64,000 bases of DNA from Klebsiella phage 05F01, in sequence record LC483177.1; one strand, given 5' to 3'. Shown here piece by piece: positions 44,695 to 55,237 of this stretch (positions within the stretch are counted from its first letter, which is position 1; each line of letters opens with the position of its first letter). The notes below the pieces were generated by a model. That model saw only the letters and a program-made list of their open reading frames with translations, made no database searches and was not told where the DNA came from. Made by a program: the position numbers and the translations under genes.

Positions 44695-45702
44695 TCAGTT
44701 TTTTATTACTCCTGATACAGAAACAGCCTCTACATCAGATGTCCAATCCCTTCCTTCATAATCACCAGAATGTGTTACGCTTACTACTTTAAATGCCCCA
44801 TCATAATCATGACTCTTCAACCAAACAGTTTTTTCTGGTAATATGCTTCCATTAACTTGACAACGAAATTTTACACCGTCTGTTGGCTTCTTAGCTTTAT
44901 TGCTGGATTTTGTAGTTTTCTTAGCTGGCTTAATATCATTGTGGAAAGGTTGAGGGCTACCAATTAAACCAGTTTCAGGGCTGATATAAGCAGACCGATT
45001 GCTGGACCTTTTTGATCTAGGTGTGATATAAACAGAACCATCCTGTATTGAAACATTATGGTCTATGCTTTTACAGTAGGACTCAAGATTTGCAGAAGTA
45101 TTTCCGCAAATGTGTGCAGGGGATGATATTGCAGCATCACTGTCGATATTAACTGTTCCTCTAGTCGTTCCCATATCAGTAACTAAGTCATTTACAATAG
45201 TTTTAACTTTAGTTCCTTTCTGGTAACTTCTACTAGTTCTGGCTTCTTGTATGTTAATACCGCCATCAACACAATTTAGTTCAGTTTTTCTATCAGTACC
45301 TGAAAATGTATCACTCACCCACTGGACAGTTCCTTTAAATATCATTATAAGGTCTTGGCCTTGATAACCTACAGAAAGCGCCACTGCTAGGTTGTTTCTT
45401 ATATTTTTGTTTATGTAGTTAACTGTATCATCAGTTAAGTTATAAATTGTTATAGTTGCTTTATTAGGGTCTTTATTGTTATCTTTTCTTACATTAAAAG
45501 TTATTTGATGTTCAGTCATTAGTATCAAATTACCAGTAGAACGTGTAGTGCTTTCTAATTTATTATCCAGGTCTACTGTAGACTTAAATGAAGAGTTACT
45601 GTTTTTTATTGATTTAGTATTGGTAGCAGCTCCTATTAAAAGTTTATATGCATGGTTTAGGTTAGGATCTGCTGCTCTACTAACTTTTTGTGTATCTGCC
45701 AT
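44695..45702 (-). CDS. Baseplate hub / tail protein
   Basis: 335 aa, in the conserved position. Confidence 0.35.
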   Translation of the reverse strand: MADTQKVSRAADPNLNHAYKLLIGAATNTKSIKNSNSSFKSTVDLDNKLESTTRSTGNLILMTEHQITFNVRKDNNKDPNKATITIYNLTDDTVNYINKNIRNNLAVALSVGYQGQDLIMIFKGTVQWVSDTFSGTDRKTELNCVDGGINIQEARTSRSYQKGTKVKTIVNDLVTDMGTTRGTVNIDSDAAISSPAHICGNTSANLESYCKSIDHNVSIQDGSVYITPRSKRSSNRSAYISPETGLIGSPQPFHNDIKPAKKTTKSSNKAKKPTDGVKFRCQVNGSILPEKTVWLKSHDYDGAFKVVSVTHSGDYEGRDWTSDVEAVSVSGVIKN

Positions 45703-46130
45703 TAATCTTGGTCCTCCAATGCATCTATATATACGAGAACAAACCGCTTTTCTACCCCCGTATCATCATAACCTGGTCTACCATTAATTTTTACAGTATC
45801 TATAAGATAAAGTTGCCCATCAGGAACTGAGTCAAGATACTTATATGGGGTTAATAGGTCCAAGCCATTTGTGACTTTAAATGTGACGGATGGGTCATCT
45901 CCAGAAAGCCCTAATAGCATCTGCCAAGACTCATCTCGTGTATTCCATCTTAACCTAATATCGTAGTCTACACTATCTAATGTCACGGTATATATTTGGT
46001 CAGTATCTTCTTCTGTTTTTAAATACCACACACCATAACTAGGGTTATTATTCATGAAAACTGCTAAATAACCTTTGTTGGTTGTATCTTCTCTTAAAAC
46101 AGAAGCAAAAGTTAAGTATGCATTTGCCAT
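45702..46130 (-). CDS. Tail/baseplate assembly protein, hypothetical
   Basis: 142-aa ORF. Confidence 0.35.
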   Translation of the reverse strand: MANAYLTFASVLREDTTNKGYLAVFMNNNPSYGVWYLKTEEDTDQIYTVTLDSVDYDIRLRWNTRDESWQMLLGLSGDDPSVTFKVTNGLDLLTPYKYLDSVPDGQLYLIDTVKINGRPGYDDTGVEKRFVLVYIDALEDQD

Positions 46131-46795
46131 TATTGTGATGTCCCTGAATTAGTAGATGTACCACTTACTGTAGCTGCTTGCTGAGTAAGATTTGATTTAG
46201 GGGCCGCTGTTTTTACAGTCTTACCTTTACTAGATGTGCTCTTTGTCTTTGTAGCTATACCTGCAACAGTAGCACTATTGACCAGTCTAATTCTTTCAAA
46301 AGTCATTTCAAATTGTGCAGCATATTCAGGAGAAGATGAATAACTGTACCCTGTGAAGACAATATCTTCATACGCCCTATATTCTGTTACTAGAACAATT
46401 GTTTGTCTTGCTTCAAGTATTTGGTCTAAATATTCAATTGCCTGACTAACCCTAGTACCATTTAATCCTGATGCATAAAGTAAGTCATTTTTTAATCTAA
46501 TTGGAGTCTCTGTAATTACGCCAGTTAAAGTGAATTTATCATTTTTTATCTGGACATGGTCAGAAACATCTGTTATTGTTGTTCCCTTGGTTGCTTCAAC
46601 TGCATATGAAGTAACTTCAGCAGACCTCTCAATCTCTTGTGAAGGGATACTGTCAAAAACTATTGCTTGATAATTATTTATATAACTATCACTTGAATTA
46701 TTATAAAGGCTTGCTATTATAGCAAACCCATTTTCAGATTTAACTGTAGAACTGCTAGAGTTAGCGTTCATAGTCGAGTTTACACTAGTTGCCAT
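46130..46795 (-). CDS. Tail protein, hypothetical
   Basis: The start was moved to the second ATG (46795), which is preceded by AGAGG. Confidence 0.35.
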   Translation of the reverse strand: MATSVNSTMNANSSSSTVKSENGFAIIASLYNNSSDSYINNYQAIVFDSIPSQEIERSAEVTSYAVEATKGTTITDVSDHVQIKNDKFTLTGVITETPIRLKNDLLYASGLNGTRVSQAIEYLDQILEARQTIVLVTEYRAYEDIVFTGYSYSSSPEYAAQFEMTFERIRLVNSATVAGIATKTKSTSSKGKTVKTAAPKSNLTQQAATVSGTSTNSGTSQ

Positions 46796-46843
46796 AAAAC
46801 CTCTATTAATTTTAAGAAATAAATAAAGTCCTCCTATCATATT

Positions 46844-46872
46844 ATTGTATCATGATTTAATCTATTTGGCAA
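46844..46872 (-). promoter_or_regulatory. Sigma70-like promoter on the minus strand (TTGCCA-17-TACAAT) driving the baseplate operon
   Basis: Good hexamers and 17-bp spacing, located right after the tape-measure gene terminator. Confidence 0.5.
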
Positions 46873-46887
46873 ACTTTATCACTACAT

Positions 46888-46919
46888 ACATAAAAATAAA
46901 GCCCCAAAAAGGGGCTTTT
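46888..46919 (-). terminator. Rho-independent terminator after the tape measure gene (AAAGCCCCTTTTTGGGGCTTT plus T-run on the minus strand)
   Basis: Perfect hairpin followed by ATTTTTAT in the minus orientation. Confidence 0.65.
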
Positions 46920-46920
46920 A

Positions 46921-48828
46921 TTAATTACTACCAGATGCTGATGTGGCTGAATTTACTCCTAATGTTAATTGATTCATAAAACTCTCGCTAGTGGCTTTAG
47001 CTGTATAATCAATATACTGACCTAACTGACTACCATCAGGAAGAACATTCACATTAATAGTTGGTTCAGGAAGAGTAATATTCACTCCACCATTATTAAG
47101 AGTTCCATAACCATAGAAAGAGTTTGTCCCTTTAAGATTTTCTAATGAAGGCATACGAGTGGTTCCATCACCAAATCCAAGAAGGTCTTTAAAATGTGAA
47201 ACTAGACTGTTATTAGCGGTATCACTCAAAGCTACAACATTAGGATCTGTATGATCCCAAGGGGCAGAAGTATTCTGATAAACACCAGTAGTATATCCGC
47301 TTGTAGCTTGTGCAACAGCAGCCTTACCTTCTGGAGTATCCCCTGCAAATGGACCACTAGTTAACTTGTCATACCAACCTTTGATAGTTGATACGGTGTC
47401 TTTGATGCTTGTAACTAATTCACCAAAGTGTTTAACTAGTTCACCAATCTGCTGACCTAACCATTTTGCACTCTCATCCAATATCTGTGCATTCTTATAG
47501 AGGTCATCTCCTTTGAAGTTCTCCATAAACCCTGTTAAGAAGTTATTTTGCATTCCTTGTGAAACTAAATTGAGTTGATTAGCTAGTCTAGAATACTCTT
47601 GTGATGCATCTATTTGCTCTTGAGAAAGTAAAGCACCTGATCGGTTAACTTCATTAAGCATTTTAATAAACTCTTCACCATTTTTAGAGAACATTCTCTG
47701 ATAGTGCATTAAGTCATCGCCTAAGTTTTCCATTAATCTACCGATCTGAGCAGAGTTCATCCCCCTTCTCTGTCCTTCATTAACTACTGCACCAATAAAG
47801 TCAAATGGATTATTTTGATATTGTTTAATTTGATCAACATTCCAACCAAACTGATTCATGATATCATTAATACCACTATCACCACCTTTCCATTTTCCTG
47901 TTTTTTGGTCAAACGTAGAATTCATTGCGGAGTTACCTAGTCTTTCCCTAACATCCTTAATGTTATCTATAGATTTTATGATATTAGCAGAGTCAACACC
48001 ATTTCTCTGTCCCCAAGCTGTCATAGCTTGAATTACTGCTGGAGATGTTTGAACGTTCTCTGCACCCCTTGAAATAAGGTTATTACGTTCTGCTGTTGAA
48101 TTTAATGTCTCAATAGTCCTGCTACCAACTTCATAAGCTGCTGCCACTCCAAGACCGCCAGCAACCATCCCTGGGTTAAGTGATAAACCACCTTCACGGA
48201 TTTTATCAAATCTACGACGACGACGGTTACTCTCAACTTCTGCGGCCCTTTCAGCACGTCTCTGTAATCTCATCTCTTCCTGTAGATCAGCCATTTTTTG
48301 ACGGTGAATTCTTCTTAGTGTATCTAATTGCTGTGCTAGTGTTTGGTTCATAGACATCGCAGTTATTTCACCTTTACGATAAAGATCTAATGTAGCTGCA
48401 ACTTCTCTCTGAATACTTTTTTGTGTATTTTTATCTACCCCTGTAAAACCCTGAGCACGATAATCAAAATTTCTTTGTCTAACCTCAGCAGTATCTAATC
48501 TACGTTGTCTTTGTCTCTCTTCTGCTGAAGGTCTATTTGTATTAGTAGGTCTTGGGGTATTACTCGATGTAGGTTTATTTGTTCTAGGTGGTACAGGTGT
48601 ATTACCAGGCACACCGCCTGGTATATTTACCATTTGTCTTTGGATAGCTTTAGCGTATCTTTCAGCTTCCCTCATTTGTCTTTTAAATTTATTAAGATTC
48701 ATTTGTGGCTGTAAGCCTTCAATAAAATCTTTGATGCCTTTAATAGATTCCTTAGCTTCTCTTAAACTGTTTTTATCTACAGTAAAGTCAACTACGTTTC
48801 TAATTCGGCTAACTTTAATATCTAACAT
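46921..48828 (-). CDS. Tail tape measure protein
   Basis: 635 aa, helical and Arg/Gln-rich. It is immediately downstream of the chaperone/frameshift genes. Confidence 0.65.
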   Translation of the reverse strand: MLDIKVSRIRNVVDFTVDKNSLREAKESIKGIKDFIEGLQPQMNLNKFKRQMREAERYAKAIQRQMVNIPGGVPGNTPVPPRTNKPTSSNTPRPTNTNRPSAEERQRQRRLDTAEVRQRNFDYRAQGFTGVDKNTQKSIQREVAATLDLYRKGEITAMSMNQTLAQQLDTLRRIHRQKMADLQEEMRLQRRAERAAEVESNRRRRRFDKIREGGLSLNPGMVAGGLGVAAAYEVGSRTIETLNSTAERNNLISRGAENVQTSPAVIQAMTAWGQRNGVDSANIIKSIDNIKDVRERLGNSAMNSTFDQKTGKWKGGDSGINDIMNQFGWNVDQIKQYQNNPFDFIGAVVNEGQRRGMNSAQIGRLMENLGDDLMHYQRMFSKNGEEFIKMLNEVNRSGALLSQEQIDASQEYSRLANQLNLVSQGMQNNFLTGFMENFKGDDLYKNAQILDESAKWLGQQIGELVKHFGELVTSIKDTVSTIKGWYDKLTSGPFAGDTPEGKAAVAQATSGYTTGVYQNTSAPWDHTDPNVVALSDTANNSLVSHFKDLLGFGDGTTRMPSLENLKGTNSFYGYGTLNNGGVNITLPEPTINVNVLPDGSQLGQYIDYTAKATSESFMNQLTLGVNSATSASGSN

Positions 48829-48836
48829 AAGCCCTC

Positions 48837-49609
48837 TTAATTAGGTAATGATTGGAACAATTTACCAATCCTATTCCTTTGTGATGCAATGTCTACACTA
48901 GATTTTTGCTGAAGTGCATTCATATACTCATCGAAAGATATGTATTCAAATACATCCATTAAATAATCAACACCATATCTATCTAGACTTTCCATAGTTT
49001 CAGATGTATTCTTAATAACTTTAAAGATAATTACTTTCCACCAGGTTAAAGACAAGGTTTCAGAGGCGATATCCATCGCCTTTTTTACAGAAGGAGTTAG
49101 ATGCGATTCAGTTCCGCTACCTTCCGCAGTGGGTTTAATAGATTTTTGAAACCTCGTTTGAAAAAAGGGCCATAGTTTGCCTCCAGTGTTGCAGCTAAGA
49201 GGTCAATAACTAATTCAGGGTGTTCTTTAAATATCTCATCAAAGTTATCTTTCACTGAATACCCAGACTCAGTATAGACATCATCTAAAATCTTTTTAAT
49301 AAACTCAGAAAGGTTTTTCTCATCTAAACCATTAAATAGTTGCATCAATGCCATAGCGATACCTTCTTCATAAGAACGTTCACCATCTAATGCACCTAAA
49401 CCAGCATTCTCTTCTGCTGCTGAATACATAACTGCTGGAATTGCTAATACACTACCTAGTTCAGGAAGACGTTCAAATACTTTTGTAGGAGACCAACGAA
49501 CAATACGGAAAGTTACCTTACGTTCCTCATCAATATTAATATCAACTTTAACTTCAGGTCGTGCTAATTGTTGAAATACACTTTTTTCTTCATTTTTATT
49601 ATCTTTCAT
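48837..49609 (-). CDS. Tail assembly chaperone pair (G/GT-like) with a putative -1 programmed frameshift
   Basis: The 170-aa ORF 49097..49609 and the 79-aa ORF 48837..49076 lie in the -1 frame. The downstream frame is open across the last ~35 codons of the upstream ORF. The slippery heptamer T_TTT_TTC is at about 49160-49169 (minus strand). Confidence 0.55.
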
Positions 49610-49619
49610 TTTCTCTCCA

Positions 49620-49648
49620 TAAAAAATAAGGCGGCATAAGCCGCCTCT
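49620..49648 (-). terminator. Rho-independent terminator after the tail tube gene (GAGGCGGC-TTAT-GCCGCCTT plus T-run on the minus strand)
   Basis: GC-rich stem. ATTTTTTAT follows on the minus strand. Confidence 0.6.
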
Positions 49649-49649
49649 A

Positions 49650-50120
49650 TTACTGAATTGTCAGCGCACTGATTGCATTAAGAGCAAGGTCAGATGCTGT
49701 TCTCAGAAGCGATGCATCTTTCAGTCCGATAACCCATTGGTTTTCACCAATAGTTTCACCAATTGTATCTTCTGGTTGACTTTGAATCCAACCGATAGTA
49801 CTAATGTAATATCCCATAGGATCTTCCAGATACACTGTGAATGCTACTTCACGAGTAGTATATCCTTGCTGAACGAATGCAGTGAGGATTTCATTAGCAT
49901 CGGAGGTTCTTTGGAGAGATAATGTCATAGTCCCAAGTCTGTTACGAGATTGAGCTAATGAAACATCTCCATCGGTACCTGCATATGGGTTTATAATGTC
50001 ATTAGTTTTAGATACAACAATCTTAGTGTCTGCTGCCCATCCATAAGGAGACCAACCACCAAGAGTGAGGGTTACGTTAGAAGGATCATAGGCTGATGTG
50101 CCAGTTAACATCTTATCCAT
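49650..50120 (-). CDS. Tail tube protein
   Basis: 156 aa, immediately downstream of the sheath gene. Confidence 0.55.
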   Translation of the reverse strand: MDKMLTGTSAYDPSNVTLTLGGWSPYGWAADTKIVVSKTNDIINPYAGTDGDVSLAQSRNRLGTMTLSLQRTSDANEILTAFVQQGYTTREVAFTVYLEDPMGYYISTIGWIQSQPEDTIGETIGENQWVIGLKDASLLRTASDLALNAISALTIQ

Positions 50121-50170
50121 TTTTATTCCTCAAGTCAAGTATTATTTAGGGGATTTCTCCCCTATTTATA

Positions 50171-51586
50171 TTAAGCAGATACTGTGGTAGTATTGCTGTT
50201 GGTCGAAGTGGTAGTTGCAGTTCTGTTTGTAAGAACATTAACCTGAACTTTAACGTAGTGAAGGAATCCAGCGTATACGTATTCAATTTTCATACCTTCA
50301 ACAATACGAGAGTTGATCTGCGTATTAGTCATATCAGCACGAGAAGGAATATACACTGTAGGTTTCAAGTTCACGTACATACCTGTATCTTCTGAAGTCA
50401 CTACTTCATTTGCAATACTTCCATTCAGGATACCAACGTTAATTGGATTCTCAAGGACAGCTTGGCGAATAAGAGCAAGACCAGAAGTAGTAGCCCTTAC
50501 ACCTGAACCCAGCATAGACTGCTGTTTGAATAAGCTGAAAAGAGACTCTTCTACACGTGCTTTAAACCAGAGAGCATGGCACACATAATCAAAGAAATAA
50601 CCGTTAACCATAAAGCCATCACGGTAAAAAAGTAAACCATGTTCTTTACGGTAGATATTACCGTTATTTGAGACGATGTTCGTTTCTTGCGTCGTGGTAA
50701 GTTGCTCAAGAGTAACTCCAACTAAAGTTTTACCATGAAGAGTAGTTGTTCCCGGTTGTGCTGAACAGATACTACCAACTACGGCAGCTTCTGGGTAAAC
50801 AACATCTGCATCAGACATCCATAATGCAAAACAAGTGTTGACATATCCTGTATTAACCAGAGTAATAAGTAAATTATTATCTGCATTATCACGAATATCT
50901 TCATCTTGACTACTAAAGAAATAAACTTTATCGTGTTCTTCTACATATGCAGCACAAGCTTCTACATCAGCAGCTTCATGGCTGTCAGACAGCAGGAAGA
51001 ACCAAGTATTATCTTTTTCTGCAATAGCAGCAATATCTTCAGTGATATTTGATGCGAAAGTTTTTGTAGCAACAAAGTTATCACTATACGCAAAGTCAGC
51101 AACAACACCAGATACAGGAGTAAGGGTAATTGCAGTAGAAGAACTTGCTACAGTAAAGTATGTGCTATAAGTTGTATCTGCATTAATTAGTGCAGCTAAC
51201 CCAGCAGTAATCTCTGCTACAGTGGCATCAGTATCTGATGTGAAACTAAAAGTCTTAGACGCTGTTCCATGTTTAATTGAAATTGTATATGCTGTAGAAT
51301 CTTCTGCTTCAGGGGTCAATGTGAAAGATGATACTTCACGCTTACCAATAATAACTTCATCTGGAGAGAAGAGACCATTAAAAAGTAACTCGGACATCAC
51401 ATAAGCAGGGCTGTTAACAGTAAAACCTGCTGCTAAAACTGCATCAGTGGATGTGAATACATCAACTAAATTGCCAGTAGCATTATGACCAGTTAGAATT
51501 AATGGGATATCAAATTGTGTTTCAGAAATAGTTGTAGCACCATAAACTAATGTGACGCTAACAACCTTGTCGCGGAAAGTTGCCAT
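50171..51586 (-). CDS. Tail sheath protein
   Basis: 471 aa, followed by the tube, chaperones and tape measure in the canonical myovirus order. Confidence 0.6.
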   Translation of the reverse strand: MATFRDKVVSVTLVYGATTISETQFDIPLILTGHNATGNLVDVFTSTDAVLAAGFTVNSPAYVMSELLFNGLFSPDEVIIGKREVSSFTLTPEAEDSTAYTISIKHGTASKTFSFTSDTDATVAEITAGLAALINADTTYSTYFTVASSSTAITLTPVSGVVADFAYSDNFVATKTFASNITEDIAAIAEKDNTWFFLLSDSHEAADVEACAAYVEEHDKVYFFSSQDEDIRDNADNNLLITLVNTGYVNTCFALWMSDADVVYPEAAVVGSICSAQPGTTTLHGKTLVGVTLEQLTTTQETNIVSNNGNIYRKEHGLLFYRDGFMVNGYFFDYVCHALWFKARVEESLFSLFKQQSMLGSGVRATTSGLALIRQAVLENPINVGILNGSIANEVVTSEDTGMYVNLKPTVYIPSRADMTNTQINSRIVEGMKIEYVYAGFLHYVKVQVNVLTNRTATTTSTNSNTTTVSA

Positions 51587-51596
51587 TTAAGCTCCT

Positions 51597-52325
51597 TTAA
51601 CTTGTTATCCAGGTATTATACCATGTTGAATATGTTAATTTAGGTAGTCCTTCTAAGTCGATAAATTTATATAAGTCAGAGGAACTTAATATAAATGTTA
51701 GAGAAGGAAATTCTCTTGTGAACTCTAAAGATAATTCGTTTATCCTCCAATAGGTTTCACTAGAGGTTAGTGTTGCATTAACACCAACTATTTCACTTGT
51801 CTCAGTATCTTCAGAGATAAGTCTAGAATTGAACGTAAGAACTAATCTTGCTCTTTGTTCAGTTTTATCTCCATCCAACACAGTATTAGATTGAGAGATA
51901 TTTGAAGCTGATAGGAAGCCTATACCTTTACTTATTAAGTATTGGTATTTTAATTCATCCCAACCTCTAAATGCAGAAAGCAGATATGACAATGCAGTTA
52001 TTGGTCTTCCTCTGTAGGCCATTATTTCTATTGTATAAGTCTGGTCCATAACATAAGTAAAAGCACCAGAGGATGACATAGACTGTTTTTGTCCCCATCC
52101 CCCTGAGTCATTCGATGTAATTATTCGGATGCCTATATAAGGTTTATCAGGACTTATTGAAGGTTTTCCTATAATATAAATAGGGAGTGCATCATCAAAA
52201 ACCTTACTTACAAAAGTAGATATATTTTCAAGTATAGCATCCTCATAAGCGATAATTTGATCAAATATATTAGCCATAGTTTCCACCTTCTCCACTGTAA
52301 TCAAATTCACTATTTTGGCTATCAA
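51597..52325 (-). CDS. Hypothetical virion protein (head-tail joining region)
   Basis: 242-aa ORF. Confidence 0.4.
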   Translation of the reverse strand: MIAKIVNLITVEKVETMANIFDQIIAYEDAILENISTFVSKVFDDALPIYIIGKPSISPDKPYIGIRIITSNDSGGWGQKQSMSSSGAFTYVMDQTYTIEIMAYRGRPITALSYLLSAFRGWDELKYQYLISKGIGFLSASNISQSNTVLDGDKTEQRARLVLTFNSRLISEDTETSEIVGVNATLTSSETYWRINELSLEFTREFPSLTFILSSSDLYKFIDLEGLPKLTYSTWYNTWITS

Positions 52326-52707
52326 GAATAGCTACACATTGATCATGAATAAGGAATGTGGTTCTTGTCCAATCCCGCAGTGAATAAATAGAATACCATT
52401 TACCATCTATTAATATCTGGTCTGATAATTGGTCAGATCCTTCTTCTAGGGACCTAATGTCTGTTTTTGTCCAGAATGTATATTGTGCTTTTGTTCTGTA
52501 TGCTTCAGGGAGGGCCTGTAGTGTTTTCCCACTTATAGGTTGCAAGGAAGAACTTTGGATAGCAAACTCTTCATATGTAATACTATTATTAAGATTCTTA
52601 ATAACACCACTACCTTGAACATAATTTCTATGTCTACCTTGATATTCTGTCAAATCTAATAATTTAAAATCATCTAATAACACTAGGTATCTCCTATTAG
52701 TATACAA
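52270..52707 (-). CDS. Hypothetical virion protein
   Basis: 145-aa ORF. Confidence 0.4.
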   Translation of the reverse strand: MYTNRRYLVLLDDFKLLDLTEYQGRHRNYVQGSGVIKNLNNSITYEEFAIQSSSLQPISGKTLQALPEAYRTKAQYTFWTKTDIRSLEEGSDQLSDQILIDGKWYSIYSLRDWTRTTFLIHDQCVAILDSQNSEFDYSGEGGNYG

Positions 52708-52718
52708 TAAATGTAATA

Positions 52719-53210
52719 TTATTGCAAGTCATTTCTTTTATTAGAGACTTTATCACTCAGGGAGTTTATTAGATATCCTCTATCTATTAATATTGCAGAT
52801 GATCCATTTCCCCTAGCTTGTCTCCAACTTAGTGTTGCAGGAGATAGTGGTGTAAATCTTTGCATAGCTATTGCTTTAGCTATTGCCTCTCTGCTAACCT
52901 TGCCTATCAATTTAAAAGCAGCTAATCCTTTATTATGAAGAAAGTAGTCTCTAAAAACTTCGCCCCATAAATGTGAAATATCTTCTGATGCTATAACTGC
53001 ACCATCTGTCATAAATGGCCTTTCTGGTATATTGTTTCTGATACTACCAAATTGGTTAATATAAGCAATTGCTGGAAGAGGGAAATCAGTTTCAGGGTGT
53101 TTCTTATTTTCAAGTACACCTGCACTTATCTCTATTTTATCTAATCTCTCTATTTTCCTGAAGTAAGATTCGAGGGACATATCATCCCCCTTCATTATTT
53201 TACACTTCAT
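52719..53210 (-). CDS. Virion morphogenesis / tail completion-like protein
   Basis: PLSPATLSWRQARGNGSSAILIDRGYLINSL resembles the phage virion morphogenesis (Mu G / P2 S-like) family. Confidence 0.35.
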   Translation of the reverse strand: MKCKIMKGDDMSLESYFRKIERLDKIEISAGVLENKKHPETDFPLPAIAYINQFGSIRNNIPERPFMTDGAVIASEDISHLWGEVFRDYFLHNKGLAAFKLIGKVSREAIAKAIAMQRFTPLSPATLSWRQARGNGSSAILIDRGYLINSLSDKVSNKRNDLQ

Positions 53211-53755
53211 TATGGTCTACCAAATGGGTAAAAAGGGTTTCTCCTACGGTTCCAGTCTGTATTTTTAGATCTTCTGTCAACACTTGCAACAGAACCAAGT
53301 CCATTTACAGAAACAGGATTAGAGTTAACTCTTTCAATCTCACAGGCATTTACACCACCGACTAAGACTTTATCAGAGGCACCATTAACACCAGAACATC
53401 CCGGTATCTTAAAATCACCATTAAGGTAACTTTTATAAATGTCTTCCCAAGGGGAGGTATAGTATGTATTAGGTGTATATGTTACACTTACTTGAACTTC
53501 ACCTACCTTTTCAGTTCTGCCAGCCATGCTACCAACTTCTGTCCCTTGCTTAATAAGATCGGTATTCCATAGATACTCTAAAACAGATATAAGACTGTTC
53601 CACAAGACTTTACATTTATTTTTATCATCATCCCCAAAAATATCTATCCAACTTTCTATAATCTGTAAGATAGTATCGTCAGAGATCATGTCCTGTGTAG
53701 GATTATATGCCAGTAGTCTTATTCTTGCAACTAATTCAGATGCTACTAATGCCAT
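53210..53755 (-). CDS. Hypothetical head-tail connector protein
   Basis: 181-aa ORF. Confidence 0.4.
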   Translation of the reverse strand: MALVASELVARIRLLAYNPTQDMISDDTILQIIESWIDIFGDDDKNKCKVLWNSLISVLEYLWNTDLIKQGTEVGSMAGRTEKVGEVQVSVTYTPNTYYTSPWEDIYKSYLNGDFKIPGCSGVNGASDKVLVGGVNACEIERVNSNPVSVNGLGSVASVDRRSKNTDWNRRRNPFYPFGRP

Positions 53756-53765
53756 ATTTCACCTC

Positions 53766-54122
53766 TTATTTATTATCTGCCTTTGCACGTCTACGTGCAG
53801 CAGAAGCTTTAGCTGGGGTAACTACTTCAACAGATTCTTCTACAATTTCTGTAGTATTATATACAACAGGTTCATAACTATTGTAGTGGATTAGAAAACC
53901 ATTGGGAATTTCCTTACATACATTAACACTAATATCAATCCCAAGAACATCTCTGATTTTCATCAAGAATACTTGAAAACTGCCAGCCAGAGTAATTAAA
54001 CCGTCTTTAGTATAGAATGAAAGATAAGGCGCTTTAATTAAAGTTTTTTCCACATCAAGAATACTTGAAAGGCTACCAAAATCACTGATAAGTGCGTGAT
54101 AAGAGATATATTCTTTATACAT
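53766..54122 (-). CDS. Hypothetical head completion protein
   Basis: 118-aa ORF with a basic C-terminus. Confidence 0.4.
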   Translation of the reverse strand: MYKEYISYHALISDFGSLSSILDVEKTLIKAPYLSFYTKDGLITLAGSFQVFLMKIRDVLGIDISVNVCKEIPNGFLIHYNSYEPVVYNTTEIVEESVEVVTPAKASAARRRAKADNK

Positions 54123-54138
54123 TATTTTCTCCTCAAAT

Positions 54139-54172
54139 TAAAAAAGCCCACCCACCAGGGCAGGCTTTTATT
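54139..54172 (-). terminator. Terminator-like hairpin after the major capsid gene
   Basis: AAGCCTGCCCTGGTGGGTGGGCTTTTTT on the minus strand. Confidence 0.5.
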
Positions 54173-54184
54173 AGAAACTATCTA

Positions 54185-55216
54185 TTACGGATTAGCGTCA
54201 GACAGTTTAACAACCAGTTCAGGGCGGGTGTTCATACCCAACAGAGAGAACTCAGTTTGCAGACGCAGAACGCGATTTGCTTCGTCCTGAATCAGGAACT
54301 GATAGTAATCCTGACCAATCTGGTTAGCATAAGAGTAATGGTCAGCAGGTGCATAGTGCGCCTGGAACATGTTTGCAACACCACGTGGGAATGCATATGC
54401 TTCAGAGGTTGGGACGTTACCATGAATATCTTCAACGTAAGTTACGTTACGGAATTCAAAGGTACGTGCATTCAGGCTACCGCCAACACGGTCAAACAGC
54501 AGGTTAGGATTACGTCCAGCAGCTACAGCAGAAGCATAAATGGTGCGGATGTATGGGCTTGTAATCAGTTTGGAGAAGAATGAACGTCCACAAACAACAA
54601 CCATATCTGTTACAGAACTACCATCTTTGATGGTATCAATCATGTAAGCACGAACTTGTTCTTCGATTATATCAGTAGGGTCGATAGTAGTAGAGGTAAA
54701 GTCTACAGTAGCGGTTTCCTGAGTAACACCCCAAAGAGTGTAGTAATCGTAATTGAAGTTCTGGTTAGAGAAACCATCACGGTCAACACCAACATACTGA
54801 CGCCCCATCAGAGCATTTGCAAGAATAGCTTCTTTAGTGTAAGCTGCGTTACGCATTGCAGTTGCAACATAACGTGACACTACACTCTGAGTGGCTTCCA
54901 GAACAGTGTCAGTAGTAGACAGGAATGCACGGAAGTCTTGAACATCTTCAGCTTTAATGTTATGGTCAAGTGGGAAGAATGGAATACGAACAGGACGAAC
55001 GTCATAACCAGTCTGAGTCATCCAGTTACGCTCACCACCACGCTCACGCGCTGGGATTAATGCATCACCACTAGTGGTTCTTACAATCTCTTGAAGAGTA
55101 GTTGCGTGACGATAAGTATCGAAAATATTCATGCTCGAAATCAAGGTATTCGGAGTGTCTACCAGTTCGATCATTGGGGTAAAATCAATTACCTTATCAT
55201 TATCAAAAAATGCCAT
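54185..55216 (-). CDS. Major capsid protein (lambda gpE-like family)
   Basis: 343 aa, comparable to the 341-aa lambda E, with a gpD-like decoration gene immediately upstream. GC is elevated as expected for a highly expressed gene. Confidence 0.65.
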   Translation of the reverse strand: MAFFDNDKVIDFTPMIELVDTPNTLISSMNIFDTYRHATTLQEIVRTTSGDALIPARERGGERNWMTQTGYDVRPVRIPFFPLDHNIKAEDVQDFRAFLSTTDTVLEATQSVVSRYVATAMRNAAYTKEAILANALMGRQYVGVDRDGFSNQNFNYDYYTLWGVTQETATVDFTSTTIDPTDIIEEQVRAYMIDTIKDGSSVTDMVVVCGRSFFSKLITSPYIRTIYASAVAAGRNPNLLFDRVGGSLNARTFEFRNVTYVEDIHGNVPTSEAYAFPRGVANMFQAHYAPADHYSYANQIGQDYYQFLIQDEANRVLRLQTEFSLLGMNTRPELVVKLSDANP

Positions 55217-55237
55217 TAAATAGCTCCTTTATAGTTA

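Noticed and set aside
46796-46840. Upstream ATG (46840) as the start of the 236-aa tail gene
   Set aside because: It has no SD and would add a hydrophobic 15-aa extension. The second ATG at 46795 is preceded by AGAGG.
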